Notes: a model not told the origin generated them from the sequence alone. Positions 9,405 to 18,324 are shown, counted from the first letter of the stretch. The stretch: DNA of 64,000 bases from an uncultured virus (IMG/VR IMGVR_UViG_3300008113_007374) (IMGVR_UViG_3300008113_007374); one strand, 5' to 3'. Numbers and translations: made by a program.

Positions 9405-9533
9405 AAAAACCCCCACTGGTACCGGCGGGGGAGTGTAGTTTCATCTTATCACTTAGATAAGATTGAGGAGTCTCACCTTGGTGACTTCAGGCACCTTCTG
9501 CCGAGTTGTAAGGGTAATCTCGGTTCAACCCTA
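9405..9533 (-). ncRNA. Putative structured RNA element ending in an intrinsic terminator
   Basis: GC-rich island with several stems: CCGAG/CTCGG plus AGGGT/ACCCT (pseudoknot), TCACC/GGTGA, ATCTTATC/GATAAGAT, and CCCCC..GGGGG followed by a T-run. Confidence 0.5.
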
Positions 9534-10067
9534 TAAGTAAATAACTAATATGTTATTGTTTTTACGAACTTCTAATCTAACTCTATTTGATTTTTTTTCT
9601 TCAACATTAGTCATTAAAAACTTTCCGTCTTTTGAGAATGCTGAAGTTATTATATAGAAAAAATTACCTTCTTTTTTTAATAACACTTCAATGTAAGAAA
9701 AAACTTCATCATCTTCATTATCTTTTCTCTTTTTTACAAATATCATTTGTTTGTTTTTTGGATTTTCATCTTCAAAAGAATAATAAATTTTCATTAGATT
9801 ACTTTCAAAAAAATCCCTCACCATCATATCAGGAACTGCTATTCTTGGTGGTTTTTGAAATTTAGACTTTCTAGTTTCTATAAATTCATTGTACATGTCA
9901 ACCAAATCATTATAAGTTTGGTTTCCAAATCTTTCAACTCGTTGATGTCTTGTTGATAGTAGTTGAACCAACCTATTATCAATCATTTTAGAAAATAAAA
10001 CCGTAGGTCTGTATTCTTTACCTCTATTCTCCAATATAACTTTTACTAGTTGGTTTAATAGTTTCAT
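9531..10067 (-). CDS. Orphan protein (start re-assigned to MKLLNQ...)
   Basis: The ORF-track start at 10103 lies inside a terminator hairpin; the ATG at 10067 follows a TATTTAT motif. Confidence 0.75.
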   Translation of the reverse strand: MKLLNQLVKVILENRGKEYRPTVLFSKMIDNRLVQLLSTRHQRVERFGNQTYNDLVDMYNEFIETRKSKFQKPPRIAVPDMMVRDFFESNLMKIYYSFEDENPKNKQMIFVKKRKDNEDDEVFSYIEVLLKKEGNFFYIITSAFSKDGKFLMTNVEEKKSNRVRLEVRKNNNILVIYL

Positions 10068-10080
10068 ATCATATAAATAC

Positions 10081-10109
10081 AAAAAGGGTGAGAAAACTCT
10101 CACCCTTTT
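10081..10109 (-). terminator. Intrinsic (probably bidirectional) terminator
   Basis: AAAAGGGTGAGA-aaac-TCTCACCCTTTT perfect hairpin with A/T tails. Confidence 0.85.
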
Positions 10110-10220
10110 AATTTTTCGGTCCGATTCGAGGAATTTAAACCCGACACACTAACCGCGGTGTCACGACGACTTACGACCCAAGGAGTAAGCTTCCCGTTCT
10201 TTGTGTTAATCACATTGACA
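10110..10220 (-). ncRNA. Putative small RNA with its own promoter and terminator
   Basis: GC-rich, no ATG-initiated ORF; stems GCTTAC/GTAAGT and GACAC/GTGTC; bounded by a consensus promoter and a hairpin terminator. Confidence 0.55.
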
Positions 10221-10223
10221 ATA

Positions 10224-10254
10224 CAAAGATATGTCTTTTTTTTAATCTGCCAAA
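10224..10254 (-). promoter_or_regulatory. Bacteroidota primary-sigma promoter
   Basis: Minus strand TTTG-N19-TATCTTTG, an exact match to the -33 TTTG / -7 TAnnTTTG consensus. Confidence 0.8.
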
Positions 10255-10261
10255 ACTTTTA

Positions 10262-11077
10262 TCATAAATATTCAAATAAATCTGAACATTCGTTACGAAG
10301 TTTTCTAAGTGCCTTCTCTTTAATCTGACGAACACGTTCTTTTGTTAAAGAAAAATCTGAACCTATGTCTTCCAAAGTGCGAGGAGTTCCTGTAATTCCA
10401 TAATAGTCTTCAACAATAACTCTTTCACGTTCATCTAATACGGACATAATATCCATCATCTTTCGTTTCAAAACATCTTTAGTGTTGAATACCTCATCAG
10501 GTGATTCCACGTTATCATTTTTGATGATGTCAATTAAAGTGTCACCGTCTTCGTTGATGTGCATGTCAAGGTCAATCATACGAGGTAGTGTTGCAAACTT
10601 ACTTGAAAGTTCCTTGTTAGTCTTCTCGTTTTCTTTCTTTTCTTTTTGCATTTCCTGAACAACATTAACAGGTAGACGAATAGTTCGAGAATTATCGTTT
10701 AGAGATTGTAAGATTGATTGTTTAATCCACCAAACCGCATATGATATAAATCGGTTGTTTTTGGTCCAATCAAAGTTTTTAATAGCTTTCATCAAACCGT
10801 AGTTTCCTTCAGCAATTAAGTCTGATAAATCAATTCCTTGATTTTGGTACTGTTTTGCCACTGTGATTACAAAACGTAAATTACCTTCGAGCATTTCTTT
10901 TTGAATTGCATCTTTCTCACGGTCACTACAATCCGTTGATGAAATTCGTTCGGCTAAAAATCTTTCCCTTTCAGGGGTCATGACTTTTAGTTTTCGAATG
11001 TCTTTAAGGTAAATTTGAATTTCATCCTGATTTAGGGGGTTTGACGATTTAACGTCCTCCATTTTCTCTCTTTCCAT
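10262..11077 (-). CDS. RNA polymerase sigma-70 factor, Bacteroidota RpoD-like
   Basis: Region 1.2 YLKDI, region 2 NLRFVITVAKQYQNQG..DLIAEGNYGL..FISYAVWWIKQSI, region 4 TLEDIG..LTKERVRQIKEKALRKLR; no region 1.1 and a short region 3. Confidence 0.93.
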   Translation of the reverse strand: MEREKMEDVKSSNPLNQDEIQIYLKDIRKLKVMTPERERFLAERISSTDCSDREKDAIQKEMLEGNLRFVITVAKQYQNQGIDLSDLIAEGNYGLMKAIKNFDWTKNNRFISYAVWWIKQSILQSLNDNSRTIRLPVNVVQEMQKEKKENEKTNKELSSKFATLPRMIDLDMHINEDGDTLIDIIKNDNVESPDEVFNTKDVLKRKMMDIMSVLDERERVIVEDYYGITGTPRTLEDIGSDFSLTKERVRQIKEKALRKLRNECSDLFEYL

Positions 11078-11642
11078 AATTGTCTAAAATTTGTTTCTCT
11101 TCTTCTGTTAATGACTCGATTCCTTTCTCTGATATTTTATCTAAAATTTGGTCCGCTGTTGGTTTAGGTGACTCAGGTCTTTTAAACTTCATCGGAAACT
11201 CAAGGATATCTTCCGACAAAGGTATAATAAAATCCATCATATTACCTAATCTTTTCTTTTTTTCTTCACTTAATTTTTCTACGTCTACTTCTTTGTTCTT
11301 GTTTTCTTTTTTTACTCCATCAATGTTTAAAAAATCTTTCTTCAATTTTCTCTCCATTTTGATGTCCACGTTTTCTGTTGCTTCCATCAAAAAATACTGT
11401 TCTACTTGCCCCTCTAAGCACATATCGATATATTCCTTCAGTTCTTCAAAAGTTTCTTTGGTTCTAAAGTGTAAAACCATTCCAAACTCTCCGTAATTAA
11501 ACTTCAAGTATTCACTAGAAACTACCGTAATTAGCTGATACGAAATTTCATCAATAAATGTTTCCATTTCAGTGAAATCACCAAAAATAAAAAGCATATA
11601 TCTTTTGTCTAGTGATTCCATTTTTTCTTTTTTCTTTCTCAT
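11049..11642 (-). CDS. Hypothetical protein with C-terminal DUF6576-like motif
   Basis: C-terminus DQILDKISEKGIESLTEEEKQIL resembles the tail domain of Bacteroidota rhomboid proteins. Confidence 0.75.
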   Translation of the reverse strand: MRKKKEKMESLDKRYMLFIFGDFTEMETFIDEISYQLITVVSSEYLKFNYGEFGMVLHFRTKETFEELKEYIDMCLEGQVEQYFLMEATENVDIKMERKLKKDFLNIDGVKKENKNKEVDVEKLSEEKKKRLGNMMDFIIPLSEDILEFPMKFKRPESPKPTADQILDKISEKGIESLTEEEKQILDNYGKRENGGR

Positions 11643-11664
11643 AAATATCTTTTTGTTTATTTTA

Positions 11665-11693
11665 CAAAGATAGTGAAATTTTGATTCTACAAA
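11665..11693 (-). promoter_or_regulatory. Bacteroidota-type promoter upstream of the sigma operon
   Basis: TATCTTTG -7 element with TTTG 17 nt upstream (short spacer). Confidence 0.5.
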
Positions 11694-13775
11694 ACTTTTG
11701 ACACGTTATTTTCTTTTTTTATTTTTACAACGCTATCACTCCATTGATTTACAAGGGGATTATGGGTTATAACAAATATTTTATCAAAATATTCTTTAAT
11801 TTTAATGAAAAACTCAGCAACCATCTCAAGGTTATCATTACTAATTTTTCCAAACACCTCATCAAACACAATCACGTTGGGTTTTGGCAAACTACATATC
11901 TTACTTAATACTGAACGAAGAGCGAGTGCTGCTATTGTTCTCTCAAATCCTGAACCAGAAACCATTAGTTTTTCAATTCCTGTTCCATTATCAATCATCA
12001 CAAACTCAACTTCATTTTTATCTGAGATTCTAATTTCAAGTTTAAAGTATGAACTATCTTCCATTAACCTTTGAAGTTCTGAGTTGATTAGTGGCATCAT
12101 AGTTTTCATTATCATTTTAGAAATACCGTTTTTACCAAAAAGTTCTAAGTATACTTTATAAATTTTTTCTCTTTCTTCCTCTTCTTGGATTTTAACAATC
12201 ATTTTTTGATTGTTCTCAATCTTTTCTTTTAAAGATGTGATTGAAAATTCATTAGTTGAAATTGTATTGTTGATTGTTCTTTTTTGTCCGTCAAGTTCGT
12301 CTAATCTCAAATCAGCTTTAATCAACATCGAATCAATCTTTTGGTTTTCTTGGATTTTATCTTGAATTTCTTCCCACCTTTTGATTTTATCTTTCAAAGA
12401 AATTATTTTCAAATCGCAACTCTCAATACTTACCTCATACTTTTCTTTGATTAGTTTATTTTTCTCATACTCATCAAAGTCCTTTTTTAAATCAACAAAA
12501 GTTTCTTCTGTGTGGGATAAAACCGTCATTGCCGCTTCATTTGACTGTTTTTGCAGGATATATCCATCAAGTTCAGCAATCTTTGCATTTGTGATTGCTG
12601 CATTCATTAGTTCAATCCCACAATGTTCACATTTGATTCCACCCTCAACAGATGACTTCAATTTATTTATTGAAGATATTTCAGTATCAATTCTAACTAT
12701 CTCTTTATAAAGTTCTTTTATTTCTTCTTTAACTTTATCATGTAATTCTTCGTTGTAAAATTCTTTTGGTTCAACAACTTTTAACTCATTAATTTTAGAA
12801 ACAAAGCCTTTCTTTTCAAAATCAATCGTGTTGATTTCTTCTTGTGTCTTTTGCTATTTCCTCTTTTGTTTTTAAAAACTCTAATCCCATGAATCTTGAA
12901 AGGACCTGACCTCTCGCCGTTGGTTTTGCTTCCAATAGTTCTTCAAGGTTTGATGCCGTTGTAAGAATGGTCATTAAGAAGTCCTCTTTTGTTCCAATAG
13001 AAGTTTTAATAAACGCTTCAGTTTCTCTTCTTTGTTCCCCTGTAAAGTTTTGTAAACTACCGTCAGACAACTTCTTAAAAAAGTCCAACTCAGTTTTAAC
13101 GTTCCATTCTCCCTTTTTAGATAACTTACGTTCAATAGTTCTAATTATGATGTAATCTTCACCATCTATTGAAACTTCACCTTTAACATAAACTTTGTCT
13201 TTATCTGTAAAACGATTGAATATTTCTTCAGCCTTTGTTGTCTTAGTCGTTTCATTAAAGAATAAGAACATTAAAAGGTCCACAGATAAAACGGTCTTCC
13301 CACCAAAGTTTGGTGGGTCTGACTCAACTACTACAATTCCATTTAGTTTCTCAAAATCCAATTTTTGATTTTCACCATAAGAAAGGAAATTTGAGAACTC
13401 AATGTTTTTGATATACCACTTTTTAAATTGAGCGGTTTCCTCTTGTTTTTCAGCAATCTTATTTTCAACCATTCGGTTAATAGATAATACTGACTCCAAG
13501 TAGTCGTTATAACCTTTTGTTTCCAAGTATTGTTTAATTAACCCCAATTGGTAGTTTGTATCGGTTATATTCATCGATACATCAATACTCTGTGTTTCTT
13601 CAGTGTTGGTAACTTTTGCCTTTGTTAAAACGTTTACATTGGTCGTGTTATACTTTTTTGAAAAGTAGTGTTTAACCGACTTTATTTTATCTTGTGTAAA
13701 GTTTTCCGGCAAGTCTTCCCAAACTACCTGAATGGTAGGATTAGTAAACTTTGAAAAATCAAGGTCTTTTATCAT
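11687..13775 (-). pseudogene. sbcC: SbcC/Rad50 (T4 gp46-like) ATPase, split by a frameshift at ~12850
   Basis: N-half: IEFSNFLSYG and Walker A-like NFGGKT. C-half: zinc hook CEHC, signature SGSGFE, Walker B VIVFDE, H-loop VITHN. The two halves are in different frames that overlap at 12822-12853. Confidence 0.85.
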
Positions 13776-13794
13776 TATATCGTAATTGTATTGT

Positions 13795-14034
13795 TTAGTT
13801 GGCTGAAACAGGTTCAGCTGATTGTGGTTCTTCCGTAATGGTCGCTTCATCAGTTGTTTCAGTGGTTATGTTATTTTCAGTTTCTGCTGACATTTTTGCA
13901 AACTCTTCTCTTAATTTATCCATTTGTTCTTTCATGGCATCATTCCATTCTTTTGAGATTTTGTTTTGAGTGTGCTTTAGTCTATTATTCCTTTTTTGAA
14001 CTTTTAGTCTGTGTGCTTTTGCTGCTTTTCCCAT
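13795..14034 (-). CDS. Small protein with basic N-terminus and acidic C-terminus
   Basis: 79-aa ORF starting MGKAAKAHRLKVQKRNNRLK. Confidence 0.7.
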   Translation of the reverse strand: MGKAAKAHRLKVQKRNNRLKHTQNKISKEWNDAMKEQMDKLREEFAKMSAETENNITTETTDEATITEEPQSAEPVSAN

Positions 14035-14051
14035 TTTATTTTATTTAGTTA

Positions 14052-14399
14052 TTATTTATTATTTGGTCTATTTTCTTCAAACCACTCGATTACTCCGTTA
14101 ATTGCCCATACAAATCCAGCACTTAACATACCATCAAAGAATACGGATAAAATTTCATTTTGTCCAACATATTCTGCGTTTGGTGAAAAGTAAGCTAAAG
14201 ATAAGAAGAACCCTACCCATGTTCCTGTACATAACATACATGAAATTAATCCAGATAAGAACTTACCTAAAAAGTTAAATGGTGCGTATTTGTTATTACC
14301 CCATTTATGAATTCCATTTCTTAGTCCATTAAAAATTGAACCGTATACTAAAATTGTCGTCATTCCATAGGCGACGAAAGCCCACATTAAAAGATTCAT
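14052..14399 (-). CDS. Membrane protein, DUF1360-like
   Basis: Three hydrophobic segments and a CMLCTGTW (CxxCxxxW) motif. Confidence 0.65.
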   Translation of the reverse strand: MNLLMWAFVAYGMTTILVYGSIFNGLRNGIHKWGNNKYAPFNFLGKFLSGLISCMLCTGTWVGFFLSLAYFSPNAEYVGQNEILSVFFDGMLSAGFVWAINGVIEWFEENRPNNK

Positions 14400-14401
14400 A
14401 G

Positions 14402-15100
14402 TTATTTATATAATCCATCGTTTAGGTTAGAACTCCCATGAAAACGTGCTCTTGTGAAATCACTATCTTTTGGTTGTTCTAACAGTTTATTTTCTAATTC
14501 TTTGTTTTTTGTCTTCAAATCTCTAATCTCAACATTTAAGTTTGTGATAGTCTGTTGTAACATTTGAAGTTTGTTGTTGTCCGTATTTTGGAAATTATTT
14601 TCCATTTCTTGTGTTTTAGTGGAAAATTCTTGTCTAATTGTATTGATTTCGGTAGTTTTAGTGGAAATTTCTTGTTCCAACTGTTGTATTTTTAACAACA
14701 GTTCATTTAGTTGGGTATCGTCAGTTATATAGATTTCTTTTTCAATAACTCTATCTATCGGAACTTCTTTGATTACCTCTTGAATTACAACTTTTTCTAC
14801 CGGTATTTCTTTAATTACTTCAACAGGAACCTCAACCAGTTTTTCAACTTCTTTAATTACTTCAACCGGTACTTCCACCCGTTTTTCAACAATTACCTCC
14901 TTAATTAAGTCTTTTTCACCTTCATTAAGTGTTTTTCCCAAAAAACCATATTTTTCAATATCGAAACCTTGTCTAAAACATTTATAGATAAAGTCATCAA
15001 CATTTTCAATATTGTTCGCTAAACAATATGCAGACACCGTCTGCATAATCTTGTCGTTAAGCATTTTGGAGTTTTTCTGTTCCATTTTCAATATCTTCAA
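14402..15100 (-). CDS. Protein with EVPVEVIK repeats and coiled coil
   Basis: Repeats KRVEVPVEVIKEVEKLVEVPVEVIKEIPVEKVV; true start may be 15082. Confidence 0.8.
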   Translation of the reverse strand: MKILKMEQKNSKMLNDKIMQTVSAYCLANNIENVDDFIYKCFRQGFDIEKYGFLGKTLNEGEKDLIKEVIVEKRVEVPVEVIKEVEKLVEVPVEVIKEIPVEKVVIQEVIKEVPIDRVIEKEIYITDDTQLNELLLKIQQLEQEISTKTTEINTIRQEFSTKTQEMENNFQNTDNNKLQMLQQTITNLNVEIRDLKTKNKELENKLLEQPKDSDFTRARFHGSSNLNDGLYK

Positions 15101-15836
15101 AAGATTTAATTGAGAACTTCAAAAAAGGTTTTGGATTGAATAAATCAACGTAAGAGTATTCTTTCGTTTCAACATCATAGATTCCATATCCATGTCTTTG
15201 AATACTTTCACCGATGTTTTGTTGTATTGGACTTCCAATCATAAACCCTTTACCTGTTTTGAATTTGAACTCCTGACGTTTATGAATATCACCACATAAT
15301 ACCGCTTCAAGACCATCAAACTTTTCAACATCATATGCCTCCTCACCAAAGTCAAAACCAAGGTCTGTTTTCATACCTTGTATTGGTCCGTGAAACAATC
15401 CAATACGTTTACCTTTTGATTCGGTAATATCTGGTGGGATGTTTCCTTGATATTGTGAGTAAACGCACCAACTGATATTTTCATCTTCGTAAACACCTCT
15501 GTCTTTATAATAAACAATATTTTTACTATTAAGTGAATTGATGATTGGTGTAAGGGCATCTAATCTTTCTGTATTATTAACCAAAAAGTCGTGATTACCG
15601 GGGATAATGATTGTTTTTGCAATATATGAACATTCGGTCAAAATCCAACTAACCATCTCAATAAGTTCAGGTGTCATTTGATTTTTAGAATGAACTAAAT
15701 CACCCGTAAATATAATACGGTCAGGCTCTAATTCTCTCCATTGTTCAATTGCCGTGTCTAATATTGATTTATACAAATCATGGTCTTTAAAAAGACGAAT
15801 ATGTAAATCTGAAAAGTGTATAAGTTTCTTAATCAT
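15057..15836 (-). CDS. sbcD: SbcD/Mre11 (gp47-like) metallophosphoesterase nuclease
   Basis: Motifs SDLH, GDLVH, GNHD, FHG and GDIH; near sbcC. Confidence 0.9.
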   Translation of the reverse strand: MIKKLIHFSDLHIRLFKDHDLYKSILDTAIEQWRELEPDRIIFTGDLVHSKNQMTPELIEMVSWILTECSYIAKTIIIPGNHDFLVNNTERLDALTPIINSLNSKNIVYYKDRGVYEDENISWCVYSQYQGNIPPDITESKGKRIGLFHGPIQGMKTDLGFDFGEEAYDVEKFDGLEAVLCGDIHKRQEFKFKTGKGFMIGSPIQQNIGESIQRHGYGIYDVETKEYSYVDLFNPKPFLKFSIKSFEDIENGTEKLQNA

Positions 15837-16077
15837 TTAATTGTGTTTTGTCTTCGCAATATACTTCATAAGGTTTATAAAAAGGGTCATCCATAGGAAT
15901 TGGGAAAGGGTTAATTGGCATTGGAACTCGGTATGGTTCAGCAATACCAATCTTTGGTTCATCTTTAACCTCTTTCATTTTTTCTTGGATGGTTTCAATA
16001 TCAATTTGTTTGATATCAACCCAAAGTCTGTTAGTCATAAATCCTTCTAACCAAATATAAAATTCTTTGTGTGTCAT
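15829..16077 (-). CDS. Hypothetical protein
   Basis: 82-aa ORF (F.IWLEGF motif), coupled to its neighbours. Confidence 0.7.
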   Translation of the reverse strand: MTHKEFYIWLEGFMTNRLWVDIKQIDIETIQEKMKEVKDEPKIGIAEPYRVPMPINPFPIPMDDPFYKPYEVYCEDKTQLND

Positions 16078-16220
16078 ACTAATTCTCTACTATAAAGGTT
16101 TGCTAATATAATTCTTGCGAATTTAAAATCTTTAGCTCTGTTTAATTTTAATCCATAAGCTAGTGCCACAGTTTTAAGATATGGGTATGCTTCAGATAAT
16201 GTCATTTTTCCTATTTCCAT
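16074..16220 (-). CDS. Small hypothetical protein (48 aa)
   Basis: Manual translation MEIGKMTLSEAYPYLKTVALAYGLKLNRAKDFKFARIILANLYSRELV*; start and stop overlap the flanking genes. Confidence 0.7.
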   Translation of the reverse strand: MEIGKMTLSEAYPYLKTVALAYGLKLNRAKDFKFARIILANLYSRELV

Positions 16221-16438
16221 TATTCATCAAAAAGTTGAAATTCCTCATTCACGAATCCACATTTATTACACATGTAAGTTGGAAAAGGGACAATAGTATC
16301 TTCAGAAGCCCCTGTTAAAAGTTTTGATACTTTTTTTAACATAGTAACTTCTTTAAAGTATATACTTCCACAATCACCACAAACAATAGTCGGTTGGTCT
16401 TTTAAATTGATTCTTGGTTTAATAATATCTTCACTCAT
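16220..16438 (-). CDS. Zinc-ribbon protein
   Basis: CGDC...CNKC pair. Confidence 0.8.
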   Translation of the reverse strand: MSEDIIKPRINLKDQPTIVCGDCGSIYFKEVTMLKKVSKLLTGASEDTIVPFPTYMCNKCGFVNEEFQLFDE

Positions 16439-16527
16439 TTTATAATATAATTTACGTTTATTTTAAAAGGTAATAATCGGTCCCAACTTGTTGTTGTTAC
16501 CCATGTGGGTGTAATTGTTAGTTGCAT
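16435..16527 (-). CDS. Small hypothetical peptide (30 aa)
   Basis: Manual translation MQLTITPTWVTTTSWDRLLPFKINVNYIIK*; ATGA overlap with the next gene. Confidence 0.5.
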   Translation of the reverse strand: MQLTITPTWVTTTSWDRLLPFKINVNYIIK

Positions 16528-16549
16528 AATACAATATAATTTATTAGTT

Positions 16550-17410
16550 TTATTTAGTCAAATATTCTGACATATCCATATTCAAAATAGTATCCACCAC
16601 ATCTCTTGGTATTCTATATTCTTTAAATTCAGTATCTTCAGTTAAGTGGACTATTACACCACCAAGTAATGGTATGTTCCCATACTTTGTCCCTTCCAAC
16701 ATTTTTAAGAGTAGTTTACCATAAAAAGGTAATTGTGTATTGTAGTGACCAAGAGCGTTGTTAGGAAGGTTTTCAAAAGGTTTTTTCATGGGTTTTGTAA
16801 AATTATTAACTTCCATATTTTTTTCCTTGTTTGTTTTCCAGTCTGTAATCACAAACCCAAATCCTGTCTTATTTTTATTAAACATAATCCAAACCTTATC
16901 GGGCTGTCCTGTATAACCAAGTTCGGGATGACCTAAAACAATCTCGGTGTCGAGTAATACCGCACCTCTTTCTTCCATAAGTGATAAAAACTTTTTACCA
17001 CCTTTTATCATTCTATCCCCTTTCATGACAAGTTCCAAGTCACATTCAAAAAGTGGTTGTCGAACTTCTTTATCGATTTTGAATTTGTTTATTGTTTCCA
17101 ATTCCAACTCATAGTGAACTCTACTTCCCATATTAGTTGATATTAAACCGCTCTGCTTCCACTCTTCTAAATAGGTATGAGTTAAATAAGGGTCACCCTT
17201 CGCCATTCTTCTTGCAACTTCTTCTGATGGAAATTCATCATAAAACAACTTCATAACTTTCGATACAGATGGAAAGTCGTCTCTTACTTCACCATTAACA
17301 TCCAACATAGTATATCTATGTTTATCTTCTTCAAAAGTTAATTGAAATTCATTTTGTTTTTGTGATATAATATCTCTTATTTCTTTTGCTACTTCTCTTA
17401 AATCTATCAT
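16550..17410 (-). CDS. PD-(D/E)XK exonuclease
   Basis: PSVS, GSRVH, E..GQPD, DWKT and YxxQLxxY motifs. Confidence 0.85.
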   Translation of the reverse strand: MIDLREVAKEIRDIISQKQNEFQLTFEEDKHRYTMLDVNGEVRDDFPSVSKVMKLFYDEFPSEEVARRMAKGDPYLTHTYLEEWKQSGLISTNMGSRVHYELELETINKFKIDKEVRQPLFECDLELVMKGDRMIKGGKKFLSLMEERGAVLLDTEIVLGHPELGYTGQPDKVWIMFNKNKTGFGFVITDWKTNKEKNMEVNNFTKPMKKPFENLPNNALGHYNTQLPFYGKLLLKMLEGTKYGNIPLLGGVIVHLTEDTEFKEYRIPRDVVDTILNMDMSEYLTK

Positions 17411-18324
17411 TTGAATTCTACGTAATATTTTTCAATGTCACCTTTAAGGTCACATACATCTTTATCTTTTGGTAGTTTCACCAACTTTACTCTATTGTAA
17501 AGGGCACCACCATTTAATTTATCATATAAGTTTTTGGCATCGGTGTAAGCATCACCATCCAAACAAACTATTATATTCTTTTTTGCTTTGGAATACAATT
17601 TTTCCCATAAGTTGTCAGTTAAGAACTTACCCAATAGACATATTGAGTTATCCAAAAAGAAACTATCAAAGACACCTTCAACTAAGTATACGTCTTTTTT
17701 CCAATCAATTAAACTCTCGTTGAAGATTAGAAAGTCCTTTGACGCTTCGGGGTTTTTGTATTTCAATTTACTTCGTGGGTTCCAAGACCTTGATACAAAA
17801 AAGTTTAACTCACCTTTTTTATCAAATGATGGGACTATTATTCTACCCGCATATTCACCTTCCAAACATATTCCGATTTGATATTTCTCAATAATATCAT
17901 CAGTAATACCTCTTTTTTTAAGGTAGTTTAACGCTTCCTTTCTTGGTATATGTAGTGGGTGAACCTCATCAAACTTTTTATATTCTTTTGGTAGTTCAAG
18001 TTTTTTATAAACCTTTTCTTTTTTTTCAAACTCATCAGGTCTGATTAACTTATAAATCTTCTTGTCTTTTTTATTTCCAAACTTATCAATAAGTTTTCCT
18101 AAATGTCCGTGAGTTCCGTGTGTCTCAGCACATGCCCAACACTTGTAAACATGTTGTTGGTAATTGATTTCAAGATTACCCTTTCCGTCAGGCTTATCTC
18201 TACCTTTTATTTCGTATGAACATACGGGGCAATCGACAGATATTTGTCCTCTGATTTCATTTATCATCTTTGGTTCTCCAAAAATGTTTCCGATAAGGTC
18301 TATGATTAATTCTTCCGCTTCCAC
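17407..18324 (-). CDS. DNA primase (Zn-binding domain plus TOPRIM)
   Basis: CPVC..CWAC, YLKKRGI, RIIVP, KYKNP, VEGVFD and CLDGDA; GTG start. Confidence 0.92.
   Translation of the reverse strand: MEAEELIIDLIGNIFGEPKMINEIRGQISVDCPVCSYEIKGRDKPDGKGNLEINYQQHVYKCWACAETHGTHGHLGKLIDKFGNKKDKKIYKLIRPDEFEKKEKVYKKLELPKEYKKFDEVHPLHIPRKEALNYLKKRGITDDIIEKYQIGICLEGEYAGRIIVPSFDKKGELNFFVSRSWNPRSKLKYKNPEASKDFLIFNESLIDWKKDVYLVEGVFDSFFLDNSICLLGKFLTDNLWEKLYSKAKKNIIVCLDGDAYTDAKNLYDKLNGGALYNRVKLVKLPKDKDVCDLKGDIEKYYVEFK

Noticed and set aside
9525..9533. UAG followed by a pseudoknot as a retrovirus-like read-through signal
   Set aside because: Read-through would add only GGT before an in-frame TGA
10110..10200. tRNA (GGGTTTAAATTCC resembles a T-arm)
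   Set aside because: No cloverleaf, no TTC in the loop and no proper acceptor stem
12846..12856. Programmed ribosomal frameshift in sbcC
   Set aside because: The switch needed is +1, there is no canonical slippery heptamer, and the coiled-coil arms would remain unbalanced
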